IMG/VR virus record: IMGVR_UViG_3300031552_000001
Coordinates: 128,138 to 192,137 of that record
Reading direction: 5' to 3' (one strand)
DNA: 64,000 nucleotides
Source of the DNA: a virus
This document shows positions 28,766 through 37,956 of the stretch, one piece after another (within the stretch, counting starts at the first letter, position 1; each line of letters starts with the position of its first letter). Made by a program: the position numbers and the translations under genes. The notes under the pieces are model-generated. The model saw only the letters and a program-made list of their open reading frames with translations. It ran no database searches and was not told the DNA's origin.

Positions 28766-29602
28766 ATGTCAGTCCGCAACCTTGAGATCCTTGCAAGCAA
28801 TTACGCCTTTTCATTTCCAACAAAAATGCTCACAGCTATCAAAGAAAACGCAGTGTCGGGCCAAACAATAAACTATCGCACAACATTAGGCGGCAGAGCT
28901 GACATAGAGCAGAAGCGCCTAAGCTCTGTTCTAAATATGCGCCCGGTACCTGGAGTCATAGGTATTTCTGTCCGGCCAGACCCAGAGTTTGTTGAAATGT
29001 ACCGGCAAGCAGGAATATCTCTTGTCATCATCGACGAAGAGGCAGAAGGGGCGTCCACTATCGCAGTCGATAACTACAAGGGCGGGGTATTGGCCGCAAG
29101 AAGATTTCTTGAATCTGGAAAGAAAATCCCAGGCATCGTTTGCGGAAGAACAGAAGTCAAAGGTGGGATCAACGCAGTACAAAGACTACAAGGGTTCCAA
29201 GACACTCTGGAAAGCGCTGGAAGAGAGAAAGTTCTTTCTCAAAACATCAAACAAGTCCTAGATTACTCTTACCAGGATGGGATCGATTCCATGCAGGAAT
29301 TCTTCCGTCAACAAAACCCACCTGACTTCATATTCTCCGCAGCAGGCGACGATTGCGCCGTCGGAATATTGAGAGCCTCTGTGAATTTTGGACTTAGTGT
29401 TCCAAAGGACCTCTCGGTCATGGGCTTCGATGATCTGGAAATGGCAAAAATGACTACTCCCACATTAACGACGATACGGCAGCCTATAAAAGAAATTGCT
29501 GCAAGAGCGTATGGCATAGCGTCTACTATGGGGAATAGGTACATAGACAGCCCAGAACAGATAGTACTGGAACCAACTCTTGTAGAAAGAGACTCGGCGT
29601 AA
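28766..29602 (+). CDS. LacI/GalR-family effector-binding domain protein lacking the N-terminal HTH
   Basis: SLVIID...TIAVDNYKGGVLAARRF...RLQGF...PDFIFSAAGDDCAVGIL...VPKDLSVMGFDD...PTLTTIRQP; 278 aa, no HTH upstream in any frame inspected. Confidence 0.88.
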   Translation: MSVRNLEILASNYAFSFPTKMLTAIKENAVSGQTINYRTTLGGRADIEQKRLSSVLNMRPVPGVIGISVRPDPEFVEMYRQAGISLVIIDEEAEGASTIAVDNYKGGVLAARRFLESGKKIPGIVCGRTEVKGGINAVQRLQGFQDTLESAGREKVLSQNIKQVLDYSYQDGIDSMQEFFRQQNPPDFIFSAAGDDCAVGILRASVNFGLSVPKDLSVMGFDDLEMAKMTTPTLTTIRQPIKEIAARAYGIASTMGNRYIDSPEQIVLEPTLVERDSA

Positions 29603-29613
29603 CCCAAAACAAC

Positions 29614-29644
29614 AAAGGCCTCCTAACGGGAGGCCTTTTTAGCT
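29614..29644 (+). terminator. intrinsic terminator
   Basis: AAAGGCCTCC-TAAC-GGGAGGCCTTT followed by TTAGCT. Confidence 0.8.
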
Positions 29645-29645
29645 G

Positions 29646-29674
29646 TAAAAATAAGCCAGCATATGGGTATAAGA
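29646..29674 (+). promoter_or_regulatory. phage promoter motif TAAA-N15-GGGTATAAGA
   Basis: Exact motif geometry, intergenic. Confidence 0.6.
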
Positions 29675-29781
29675 CGAATGTTGGAACTACGAACGTGGAG
29701 CGCGACCTTGATGGTACGCAGCAAGACCGTCGTAGTGTCTGGTGGCGACATAAAGAGGCCTCAGCTACCGGACTCCAACAA

Positions 29782-30123
29782 TTACCCTCGCCCCAAGAAT
29801 CCGTGCTTCTTTTTTATCTCCTCTTGCTGCTGTTGATTTGCGTCAGCTCCTTCTGTAACAGCTTCGACTTCTGTCTTATCTTCAGTCTTACAAAGTATGC
29901 GAGCGTAGTACCCCCTGACCGCATTCCTACATCGTCTACACAGATCTCCAAACGACGTCTTCTCGTTTGAGAATGTAGCCTCAAATTCTGGGCCTGCGGG
30001 AGAAGGCAACTCAGATACGTTTTGGTTCTCTTTTCTCCCGCACCTATCGCACACTACTTCAACTACATCTCTTCTGGCCATTTTAGCTCCTCTTATATAA
30101 GTTACAGACCTTTTGGTTCTCAT
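29782..30123 (-). CDS. small zinc-binding protein
   Basis: CDRC and CRRC motifs. Confidence 0.55.
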   Translation of the reverse strand: MRTKRSVTYIRGAKMARRDVVEVVCDRCGRKENQNVSELPSPAGPEFEATFSNEKTSFGDLCRRCRNAVRGYYARILCKTEDKTEVEAVTEGADANQQQQEEIKKKHGFLGRG

Positions 30124-30131
30124 GCCTCTGA

Positions 30132-30374
30132 TTATGTATTTTGTGGGTATGTGATGTGGCCGCGCAATTTCTGATATATGTATCCTTCCACAGCCAGCCT
30201 TTCAATCTTCACCAAACCATCCGAGTAGTCAGGATGAAGAACCATACTAGCCTCGAAAGCTTCTACCTCTTTTCGGCATAAGACTCGCAGAGGAAGAGCA
30301 TTACCCCTATCAGACTCTTTCTTAGCTTCAGTCAGCTCTGACTCTGAAAAAGGAAATTCTAGTTCAAGCTTCAT
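30132..30374 (-). CDS. hypothetical protein
   Basis: AAAGGAG SD. Confidence 0.6.
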   Translation of the reverse strand: MKLELEFPFSESELTEAKKESDRGNALPLRVLCRKEVEAFEASMVLHPDYSDGLVKIERLAVEGYIYQKLRGHITYPQNT

Positions 30375-30453
30375 ACGGGCTCCTTTTAGCTAGTTTCCAT
30401 AAGATCGCTAGCCTATACATATTTTCTATGTTGGACATATTCAAGGAGGAATT

Positions 30454-30786
30454 ATGGGTTACCCAATAGCTCATCTGCCTTATCAGCGTACAGAAAAAGC
30501 AAAAAATGTTGTTTCAATTACAGTACCAAGAACCTGTTGGAAGCCGTGCGGGCCCGATGACGACATTACAGCATGCTTGACGTGCTGCCTCACGATAAAC
30601 GGTACAAACTACCATTTAACGGCGTATGCCGTAATGACTAATTCAGAGCTAGGACAAACTGCTGTTCACGCTCAATTTAACGACGAAGTAGACAAAATAT
30701 ACGAGTTAGGAAGACCAGTCGGGCCCTTCTGCACAACAGAAATTGACGGGCGAGACTACCTCCTAACTATAATCCCATACTGCTAA
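30454..30786 (+). CDS. hypothetical protein
   Basis: AGGGAGG SD. Confidence 0.6.
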   Translation: MGYPIAHLPYQRTEKAKNVVSITVPRTCWKPCGPDDDITACLTCCLTINGTNYHLTAYAVMTNSELGQTAVHAQFNDEVDKIYELGRPVGPFCTTEIDGRDYLLTIIPYC

Positions 30787-30791
30787 GGAGC

Positions 30792-31160
30792 GTGTTTATG
30801 GTATGCCAACGATGCGGGTATTGTTGCATTATGTGTTTTGTACCTATCGTAGTAGACGGAAGGGTAAAGAAAAAACCCCTCGGAGTTAAGTGCCCTCACC
30901 TTACAATAGAGCCTGACGGTACCGCAAGCTGCGCTGTTCATAACGAACCTTGGTATAAAGAAACCCCTTGCTTCTCCCACGGTAACCCGGACCTAGACCC
31001 GGATTTTGCTGCAAACCCCTCCAAGCCGTGCGCAATAGGAGTAATTCGCCGGAGTCACAAGCTGAATGTTTTACACGACGTTGTTGCTGATGTAGAGCTG
31101 GAAGACTTAGGCCCTTACCCAGTAGAAGAAGAAGACGACGTAAAAGAAAACCTTTCATAG
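30792..31160 (+). CDS. YkgJ-like CxxCxxCC cysteine-cluster protein
   Basis: CQRCGYCC...CPHL...CAVH...PC. Confidence 0.65.
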   Translation: MFMVCQRCGYCCIMCFVPIVVDGRVKKKPLGVKCPHLTIEPDGTASCAVHNEPWYKETPCFSHGNPDLDPDFAANPSKPCAIGVIRRSHKLNVLHDVVADVELEDLGPYPVEEEDDVKENLS

Positions 31161-31194
31161 CAAAGCGCGTGCTCTGCTCTAACCAGGGACAGTT

Positions 31195-32607
31195 ATGAGA
31201 AGATTCTTACAGCATCAAGGAAGAACAAGTGCACCTCAGTTATGGGAAATAGAAGTATTCGGCAACGCCGTAACACTAACATGGGGCCAACTTGGCGGCG
31301 CTATGCAACACACCACTCAAACCTTCAGTGGCGTAAATATAGGTAAAGCCAATGAAAAGACTCCTATACAGGTAGCACAAGAGTGGGCCGATAGACAAAT
31401 ACTTCTACGTACCAGAAAAGGGTACGTAGAAGTCGACCTTGAGACAAATAACCCAATAGAGGAGGCAGCCTCCTCTGAAATAGACTGGGAGAAGGAGCTG
31501 CCTCAGAATCTTCGGTTCTTCAAACCACAAAATAGTCTTAATGCCTACTGCACGAAACTTCTACAAGAAAAGAAAGCTACACTCCTGCGAAAAAGAGACG
31601 GGATGATGCACATCCTCTTAGTAAAAGAGGACGGAGATGTGGCCGTATACTCATCTACGCTTCAGGCGTGCCATAAAGACGAGCCTGAAATTCCGTGGGC
31701 CAGAAGATACCCTCATCTAGTAAAAGAGGTACGAGATTTAAATTTACCGGGCGGGACTGTGTTGTTGGGGGAGTTATGTACTGCCGCATGTCACGGGCAC
31801 AAGGACACATTCGGCATGCCCGTAGACGATTACAATTACGTAAGCACCATCACGAAATCCCTGACAAAATTAGCGCTAGAGAAGCAGAAAGAAAAAGGGT
31901 TCCTAGGTTTTTGTATTTGGGACATTGGGTTTTGGGCAAAAGAATGCGTCCTACAATCATGGACAGCTGATCAGCGATTCCTAAAAATAGGACAAATCCT
32001 GAACAACTCCAGTCGTCTTTACTTGACCTTTCCAGAAAGCGTGTACCTGCAAAGCTCTTATGCTGTCGTCCAGTCTTGGGATTCTAACGACCTAGAAATG
32101 GACTATGAATCCGATGATATGAGGAATGAGGTGTTGGAGCTCGCTAAAACCTTACAGTGGGAAGGTTGGGTAGTTATAGACGGGAAAGTTCCTTACGACA
32201 GCAGGTCTCATAGCTTTCACGGTAAAGCCGAACGGCCGAAGTTTATATGTAAACTAAAGCCTAAACTAGAAGCAGACTTTATAGCTAGATGGGACCCAGA
32301 CAACGGCATAGGTAGTTGGGGTAAGGGTAAGAAGTCTGCTGGAGTAGGTTCTGTAAATCTGTACCTATGGGATCCTGAAAAGAAAGAAGAGGTTTTCATC
32401 TGCGAAGCCGGAGGCGGTCTCACTGACGCAGATGTAAAATACTTCGCCAATCCTAGACTTTACCCACTTGTATGGGTTGTCGAATTTGACTCTTGGACCC
32501 CAAAGGGGGCTTTACGATTCCCTGTGTTTTTAAGAGAACGAAGCGACAAAAAGCCAGAAGAATGCACAACAGACCAGAGACCTTCACCAAAAGGAGAAGA
32601 GGAATGA
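31195..32607 (+). CDS. lig: ATP-dependent DNA ligase with N-terminal WGR-like domain
   Basis: KRDG (KxDG), EGWVVID, KLKP and LRFPVFLRERSDK motifs; N-terminal WEIEV...TWGQLGG. Confidence 0.85.
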   Translation: MRRFLQHQGRTSAPQLWEIEVFGNAVTLTWGQLGGAMQHTTQTFSGVNIGKANEKTPIQVAQEWADRQILLRTRKGYVEVDLETNNPIEEAASSEIDWEKELPQNLRFFKPQNSLNAYCTKLLQEKKATLLRKRDGMMHILLVKEDGDVAVYSSTLQACHKDEPEIPWARRYPHLVKEVRDLNLPGGTVLLGELCTAACHGHKDTFGMPVDDYNYVSTITKSLTKLALEKQKEKGFLGFCIWDIGFWAKECVLQSWTADQRFLKIGQILNNSSRLYLTFPESVYLQSSYAVVQSWDSNDLEMDYESDDMRNEVLELAKTLQWEGWVVIDGKVPYDSRSHSFHGKAERPKFICKLKPKLEADFIARWDPDNGIGSWGKGKKSAGVGSVNLYLWDPEKKEEVFICEAGGGLTDADVKYFANPRLYPLVWVVEFDSWTPKGALRFPVFLRERSDKKPEECTTDQRPSPKGEEE

Positions 32608-32825
32608 GGCGACACCCTAGAGAAATAATAGTTAGTGAAGCCGAAACAAAGCTAGCGTCTACCGTTGTAGAAACAATGTCACACTATAAGCTCACAGGAG
32701 GAGAATACTTATCTGTACTAACAGAAGTGTTTAGTCGCCTATTTCTTAACTTCTTGAAATACGAGATACGCAGAGAACGTCACGGAAACACAGACACCCC
32801 CGGAGGATTATTAGATGAGTCCTGA
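32604..32825 (+). CDS. hypothetical protein (start at ATG 32604)
   Basis: ATGA coupling to the ligase stop. Confidence 0.55.
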   Translation: MRRHPREIIVSEAETKLASTVVETMSHYKLTGGEYLSVLTEVFSRLFLNFLKYEIRRERHGNTDTPGGLLDES

Positions 32826-33279
32826 CAAATGCAACACAGGTATCCTTGTTATACTTAGAGGGCTTCCCGGAAGCGGAAAAAGCACCTTAGCTAAGAAAAT
32901 AGAGGAGACAGTAATGCTGCAAGACACGGTGATTTGCAGTGCAGATCGATTCTTTGAAGGCCCTAACGGGTACGAGTATAAAAAGGACCTTCAAGGAATA
33001 GCCCACACAGTCTGCCAAATTAGGGTTGAATACTTTATGCAGAAAGGGAGGCCTGTAATCATACTTGATAATACGAATATCAAAAACAAGGCTATGGTTC
33101 CCTATATAGATTTAGCCGAAAAGTTTAATTACTCGGTCTACTACATATTAGTTGGAGGTCTTACTCCTCAAGACATTGAGTGCTACGCCCAAAGACAGCA
33201 GCATGGTGTTCCTCTAGAACATATTGAGAGGATGGCATCCGAGTTTGAACATCTTATGGAGAGTGCAAGTGCATCCTAA
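32815..33279 (+). CDS. P-loop kinase, AAA_33 / polynucleotide-kinase-like
   Basis: RGLPGSGKSTLA Walker A; IICSAD; IILDNTN. Confidence 0.85.
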   Translation: MSPDKCNTGILVILRGLPGSGKSTLAKKIEETVMLQDTVICSADRFFEGPNGYEYKKDLQGIAHTVCQIRVEYFMQKGRPVIILDNTNIKNKAMVPYIDLAEKFNYSVYYILVGGLTPQDIECYAQRQQHGVPLEHIERMASEFEHLMESASAS

Positions 33280-33640
33280 CAAAACACAAGAACAAGAATA
33301 TGGGAGAGTGAAACAGACGTTTGTTCCGCCTTACAAACCCATAACTGTGACCGACGCAGAGCTGGCCTTCCCAGCTAAAGTAGTCGGAACTCTACTACCA
33401 AAATGGGAAGAAATACCCGAAGAGTTTAGGCGCATGCAAGGGTCGTGGGTCAGTATCGTTAATACGTGGTTTTGCCGCGGCATAGAAGACACTTTTTCTG
33501 TAAAGAAAGAGCATGACGCTAACAAGGTGTGGAGACACCTTGCAGCCTGTATGCACTCCTTTGAGCCCGATCACGCGCACAAAATTGCAGGAGTAGCTTA
33601 CTTAATGTCCCTTTGGGTTGAGCCTCCATCAGCGCTATAG
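33224..33640 (+). CDS. conserved phage hypothetical protein (true start probably downstream)
   Basis: AFPA...EIPEEF...WRHL...SFEPDHAHKIAGVAYLMSLW pattern recalled from phage proteins. Confidence 0.6.
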   Translation: MRGWHPSLNILWRVQVHPNKTQEQEYGRVKQTFVPPYKPITVTDAELAFPAKVVGTLLPKWEEIPEEFRRMQGSWVSIVNTWFCRGIEDTFSVKKEHDANKVWRHLAACMHSFEPDHAHKIAGVAYLMSLWVEPPSAL

Positions 33641-33679
33641 TGGTTTGCAACTAAACCCCCCGCTAAAGGAAGGCACGTC

Positions 33680-34429
33680 ATGTGGTCAAAAAGAGTAGAC
33701 AAGTCAAAAATCCATCCCGGACTTGTTGAAGTCGTAAGGCGCACATTGGAGACATTAAGGAAGGAAGTACAGCCTTTCATGGTGTATTCCGGGCTTAGAA
33801 CTTTCGAAGAGCAAAACAGGCTATACGCTATAGGAAGAACAAAGCCGGGAAAAGGCATCGTGACAAAAGCCAGAGGAGGCCAAAGCATGCATAACTACGG
33901 TCTTGCAGCAGATTTGGCCCCGTTCAACCTTTTGACTAAAGACCCAGACGATATTTGGTGGCCCGACCCGGAAGAGAGGGCTGGTAGTGTATGGCAGCCA
34001 TTAGGGGAGATACTAGAAATGACTGCCCGACAAGAGGAGGAAGAGTTACCTGACGACATAGATATAGAATATGAGTGGGGCGGCAGGTGGAGGTTTAGGG
34101 ATGTTCCTCATTGCCAGGTAAGAACTACCGTAAAAGAGCTTAATGCGGGCCATTACCCTTGGTGTGACGACGTCGAGTGGCTTGTAAATGCGCACACGAC
34201 TTTTCTATTTGGGACAGACTGGATGATTAGAAGAGTCCAGCGTTTACTTACAGACCAAGGCTACAATTTAGGCCCCGTGGATGGAGTTAGCGGAGCAAGA
34301 ACTGTCTCGGCAATTATGCAATTTAGAATCAACAATAAAATCGGAAGAGAATACAGTCCGCTAAGCAAACTATTTATAGAGGCTCTGGTTAGAAAAGACC
34401 ACGAGGATAGGAGCCGAAAGAGAACGTAG
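33680..34429 (+). CDS. endolysin: M15-family (L-Ala-D-Glu-type) peptidase plus C-terminal peptidoglycan-binding domain
   Basis: SGLRTFEEQNRLYAIGRT...GGQSMHNYGLAAD...WGGRW...DVPHCQ; VQRLLTDQGYNLGPVDGVSGARTVSAI. Confidence 0.88.
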   Translation: MWSKRVDKSKIHPGLVEVVRRTLETLRKEVQPFMVYSGLRTFEEQNRLYAIGRTKPGKGIVTKARGGQSMHNYGLAADLAPFNLLTKDPDDIWWPDPEERAGSVWQPLGEILEMTARQEEEELPDDIDIEYEWGGRWRFRDVPHCQVRTTVKELNAGHYPWCDDVEWLVNAHTTFLFGTDWMIRRVQRLLTDQGYNLGPVDGVSGARTVSAIMQFRINNKIGREYSPLSKLFIEALVRKDHEDRSRKRT

Positions 34430-34432
34430 AAA

Positions 34433-34696
34433 ATGAACCAACAAAAAGACCAGAAAGAAGCAATAGGGTACGCCATGACAGTAGAGGAGATAGGAGAAAA
34501 GCTAGGACTGTCAAAATCTGTTGTAGACAGGATATTGAATAAGGCTTTGGCCAAGTTAAGAAAAATTCCGCATAGAGGCCTTTTGGAGTGCGAAGCGGAC
34601 AGGGAGTCTTTTCACCCTACGACCCAAAAAAGAAGGTTAGAGCCTACTCACTTTCGTAGCGTGGATGACTATTGGCCGGAATTTCTGTTGAAGTAA
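34433..34696 (+). CDS. sigma-70 region-4-like HTH protein
   Basis: MTVEEIGEKLGLSKSVVDRILNKALAKLRK. Confidence 0.7.
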   Translation: MNQQKDQKEAIGYAMTVEEIGEKLGLSKSVVDRILNKALAKLRKIPHRGLLECEADRESFHPTTQKRRLEPTHFRSVDDYWPEFLLK

Positions 34697-34767
34697 GCCC
34701 AAACATCAAACTTGTCAGCCCTCTGTAGTAGGTTCACGCAAAGAGGACATACACAAAGGAGTCTAAA

Positions 34768-35778
34768 GTGGAACCCAAGAAGCTAATCAATCATTTCGTT
34801 ATTTGCCTAGACCGCAGTGGCTCAATGCAGCCTATACGCAAAAACGCCGTAGATACGTATAACCAAAACGCTAGATCTATCCGAGATGGGGCTAAAAACA
34901 GCGGGCAGGAGGCTACAATCTCCCTTACAACATTTGGAGGGAGTGTATTAACCCATCACTTTTGCGATCCGGTAGATAGCTTAAGTAGCGAGTACTCTGA
35001 CTACCGCCCTATGGGGACCACTCCGCTATTCGACGCAGTAGCTAATATGATCTATAAGTTGAAGGACCGTAAAGACTCTGAAGACGACAATGTGAGCTAC
35101 ATGTTCATAATCATCACGGATGGCGAAGAGAATGCTTCTAGCATCCAAGCCGATGAATTCAATCGATTAGTGGCTAGTGTTCAAAAGACAGACCGTTGGA
35201 GCTTCGCCTTTCTAGTGCCCCCAAACGCCGCCCGTAACTTCTGCCTCAAATTCAATATCCCAGAAGGGAATGTGAAAGAGTGGGAGGCAACTGCACGGGG
35301 GATGCAAGAAGCTGCTCGGCAGGTAGACGCAGGAATTAGCAGCTATTATGCAACTCGTTCGTTGGGGATGAAGAGTACGACTGGCTTCTTTCAAACAGAT
35401 ATGGCCAAAATCTCGGTACATGAAGTAAAAAACCGACTGGTTGATATCAGGGACAAGGTAAAGCTTATTGACGTGAACCGCACTTCGGCTATTCGAGAGT
35501 TTGTAGAGCGCGAATTAGGGCAAAGCTACCAAACTGGGCGCGCTTTCTACCAGCTCATAAAAGACGAGAAGATACAGTACCACAAGAAGGTCATGCTCAA
35601 GGACCGAGGAGATAACGCGGTATATGCCGGCACGGAGGCTCGTCATCTGCTTGGACTACCTGATGGGGTGGATGTTCGTGTTCGCCCTGGAGATCATGCT
35701 AACTGGGATATTTTTGTACAAAGCACCAGCGTCAACCGAAAACTTCTACCAGGCACTAAACTCCTGTACCTACTCTAG
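34768..35778 (+). CDS. vWA-domain protein with phage-type C-terminal domain
   Basis: CLDRSGSM MIDAS, GTTPLFDA, IITDGEENAS. Confidence 0.85.
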   Translation: MEPKKLINHFVICLDRSGSMQPIRKNAVDTYNQNARSIRDGAKNSGQEATISLTTFGGSVLTHHFCDPVDSLSSEYSDYRPMGTTPLFDAVANMIYKLKDRKDSEDDNVSYMFIIITDGEENASSIQADEFNRLVASVQKTDRWSFAFLVPPNAARNFCLKFNIPEGNVKEWEATARGMQEAARQVDAGISSYYATRSLGMKSTTGFFQTDMAKISVHEVKNRLVDIRDKVKLIDVNRTSAIREFVERELGQSYQTGRAFYQLIKDEKIQYHKKVMLKDRGDNAVYAGTEARHLLGLPDGVDVRVRPGDHANWDIFVQSTSVNRKLLPGTKLLYLL

Positions 35779-35817
35779 CACCTACGAAGAAGCTGCTTTT
35801 ATCTAGGAGGCTACACA

Positions 35818-36252
35818 ATGTACGGCGACACCCGTCCTTCCTTCAAAGAAATTTACATGCAGCTTGCATGTAATCTAGCAAAACGGTCTACATGCAAAAG
35901 ACTGAAAGTGGGCGCAGTAATTACCTCTATGGACTACAGAAAAGTTCTATCCGTAGGGTACAACGGCAATGCTACCGGCCTTCCAAATTGCTGTGACAGC
36001 GAAGAAGTAGGTAACTGTGGTTGTATACATGCGGAAATGAACGCCATTATAAACTGTGATTCACCAAGACACACAGAGAAGATTGTATTTGTTACTGTGT
36101 CCCCTTGTATGGCCTGCGCCAAAGGACTGATAAATTTGGGAAACGTAAAGGGGGTATATTACCTCGAGGAGTATAGAAAAAGGGACTCTATAGAGTTATT
36201 GCGAAGCGTAGGGATACCGACCGTGCCGCTTCAACCAAAAAGAGAACTGTAG
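35818..36252 (+). CDS. dCMP deaminase
   Basis: RSTCKRLKVGAVI, VGYNG, IHAEMNAI, SPCMACAK. Confidence 0.9.
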   Translation: MYGDTRPSFKEIYMQLACNLAKRSTCKRLKVGAVITSMDYRKVLSVGYNGNATGLPNCCDSEEVGNCGCIHAEMNAIINCDSPRHTEKIVFVTVSPCMACAKGLINLGNVKGVYYLEEYRKRDSIELLRSVGIPTVPLQPKREL

Positions 36253-36313
36253 TCTTGTGAGTAAACGTGGGCGTAAGCCATTTCGCCTTTCAAGTACAGG
36301 AGGAGTGATTTAG

Positions 36314-36661
36314 ATGGAATACGAATCAAAGCCTTTAATCTGCAATGCTTGCAGAAAGAAACCCGCGATCGGTGTCTGCTGTAGTTGTATGGGGGCAATC
36401 AGTCATGCATATTGTGAAGACTGTCTGTCCAACGGCATAGAAGTGTGGACAACCCTGGTAGGCGGATTGATGGGTTTGACTCCAGATACAGTAGGAGACG
36501 GGGTAAAGCCTATTATCCAAGCAACCTGTAAGTTCAACAACAAATCGGAAAAAGATTTGTGGAAAGAAGTTGAAGAGGCGAGCAACAGCTACGATGAGTA
36601 CCTAAAACGAGAATATGAGGCCAAAAGGTCACGTAGAAGTGCTCTCAAAGGAAAGAAATAA
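36314..36661 (+). CDS. Cys-rich hypothetical protein
   Basis: CNAC, CCSC and CEDC motifs. Confidence 0.55.
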   Translation: MEYESKPLICNACRKKPAIGVCCSCMGAISHAYCEDCLSNGIEVWTTLVGGLMGLTPDTVGDGVKPIIQATCKFNNKSEKDLWKEVEEASNSYDEYLKREYEAKRSRRSALKGKK

Positions 36662-36936
36662 TGCTAAGAAAACTTCCTTCGATACGGCACCCTACGATGG
36701 AAAAGGGTACGCCTATAAGAGTTGACCCCCGGCCTGTAGACCCGTTTCTTGACACCGTGACAGATATAACTGACCTTCAAGGCAATGTAATATTTACTGG
36801 AACGCGCAGGCAGTGGCAGAAATGGGCTAGAGAAAAGGAAGACAAAATCCGGCTGTCTTACGGACTCACTCCTAGAGGGGGTTCGACTGGTAAGTTGCGC
36901 CGCAAACTGGACACCGCTGACCAACTGCTCCGTTAG
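36661..36936 (+). CDS. hypothetical protein
   Basis: Coupled ORF. Confidence 0.45.
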   Translation: MLRKLPSIRHPTMEKGTPIRVDPRPVDPFLDTVTDITDLQGNVIFTGTRRQWQKWAREKEDKIRLSYGLTPRGGSTGKLRRKLDTADQLLR

Positions 36937-37054
36937 GGGCTCTCGACGGTACAGTCTTCCTCTTGCACTTGGGGCACATTATCCTCTTGGCCAGGGCTGC
37001 TGTTTTGGCTTTCCCTTTCAGCAGCCCTCTCGTTCCCATCACTACTTTGGACAT
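36872..37054 (-). CDS. small basic zinc-ribbon protein (start MSKVV)
   Basis: AAAGGAG SD; CPKC and CPVC motifs. Confidence 0.6.
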   Translation of the reverse strand: MSKVVMGTRGLLKGKAKTAALAKRIMCPKCKRKTVPSRAPNGAVGQRCPVCGATYQSNPL

Positions 37055-37481
37055 TAGGTTCTCCTTTGGGTTCTGGCTCTGCTGGCAAGGAGTCAATATC
37101 TACCCCCATAAACCATTCCAGCATGAAATCTCGATAGTTTCTTCTCAACTGAAATTTATGCCAATCTTTAAAAAGGGCCTCAATGTCCAGAGGAGTTATC
37201 TTGTTCTCTACCCCCAAACGATCGAGTATATCGTTAACAGCCATAATCGTCATGCGTGTAGAGACAGCAAACTGCTCATCCAAAAGAGTCTCAGACTTCG
37301 CCAGTTCCCTTTGGTTGTCCCAAATGGTTTTAATGGTCAGAGATAGTTTACCCAAGCGCTGTGTAATAACGTCCAATTCGGAAAAAACTTTAGCCTCTAG
37401 CTGCTGGAGAGATAATTCTAACTCTTTTCGTGTTTTTCGACGCTGTTGAGGGCTTTTGAACGGTCTTTTTATTGCTTTCAT
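36933..37481 (-). CDS. coiled-coil hypothetical protein
   Basis: ORF in operon. Confidence 0.55.
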   Translation of the reverse strand: MKAIKRPFKSPQQRRKTRKELELSLQQLEAKVFSELDVITQRLGKLSLTIKTIWDNQRELAKSETLLDEQFAVSTRMTIMAVNDILDRLGVENKITPLDIEALFKDWHKFQLRRNYRDFMLEWFMGVDIDSLPAEPEPKGEPNVQSSDGNERAAERESQNSSPGQEDNVPQVQEEDCTVESP

Positions 37482-37797
37482 CTGGCGCTTTCTCGGAGGC
37501 GCTGCTAGCCTCCACCACTACTGAGTTCTCCAATGAGGATACCTCTTTGGTAATTGGGTCTATACGGTCTTCTTCTATTCCTTTGATTATAGATTCAATA
37601 ACTTCTTGTGGTACGACTTCTCTTCCGCGAACGCGGTTCTCAGGCCTAACGCATCCGGGAGCTGGAATGCCCTCTTGGGTCTCTAGAGCTTCGGTATCCA
37701 AAAACTTGGAAAGGTGATTTGTGACACTGTTCCACACAGCTAGTTGTTGCTTCAAGCCTTCGATTTTGTAAAGGGTATCAAACAGAGATTGTGCCAT
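37390..37797 (-). CDS. hypothetical protein
   Basis: AGGAG SD. Confidence 0.6.
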   Translation of the reverse strand: MAQSLFDTLYKIEGLKQQLAVWNSVTNHLSKFLDTEALETQEGIPAPGCVRPENRVRGREVVPQEVIESIIKGIEEDRIDPITKEVSSLENSVVVEASSASEKAPDESNKKTVQKPSTASKNTKRVRIISPAARG

Positions 37798-37799
37798 GT

Positions 37800-37828
37800 G
37801 AAATTTCTCCTATAAGAGGGGCATAAGA
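37800..37828 (+). promoter_or_regulatory. phage promoter motif GAAA-N15-GGGCATAAGA
   Basis: Exact geometry; points against the surrounding minus-strand operon. Confidence 0.5.
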
Positions 37829-37956
37829 ATCATGCTGGACCTCAGCGTTGAGGGGTGGCTCCCTCAACAGGGTTGGCCCGGAGCGAAACCGGCCAGGACG
37901 ATAGCGGTGCCGAGGATCGGTCGAGTGATTCGTCCTGTTTTTTAGCCGTTCGCTTA

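Noticed and set aside
28668-28871. Upstream ORF as a frameshifted HTH of the LacI gene
   Set aside because: Translation shows no HTH pattern, and the interval holds the promoter motif, a hairpin and the SD of the downstream ATG
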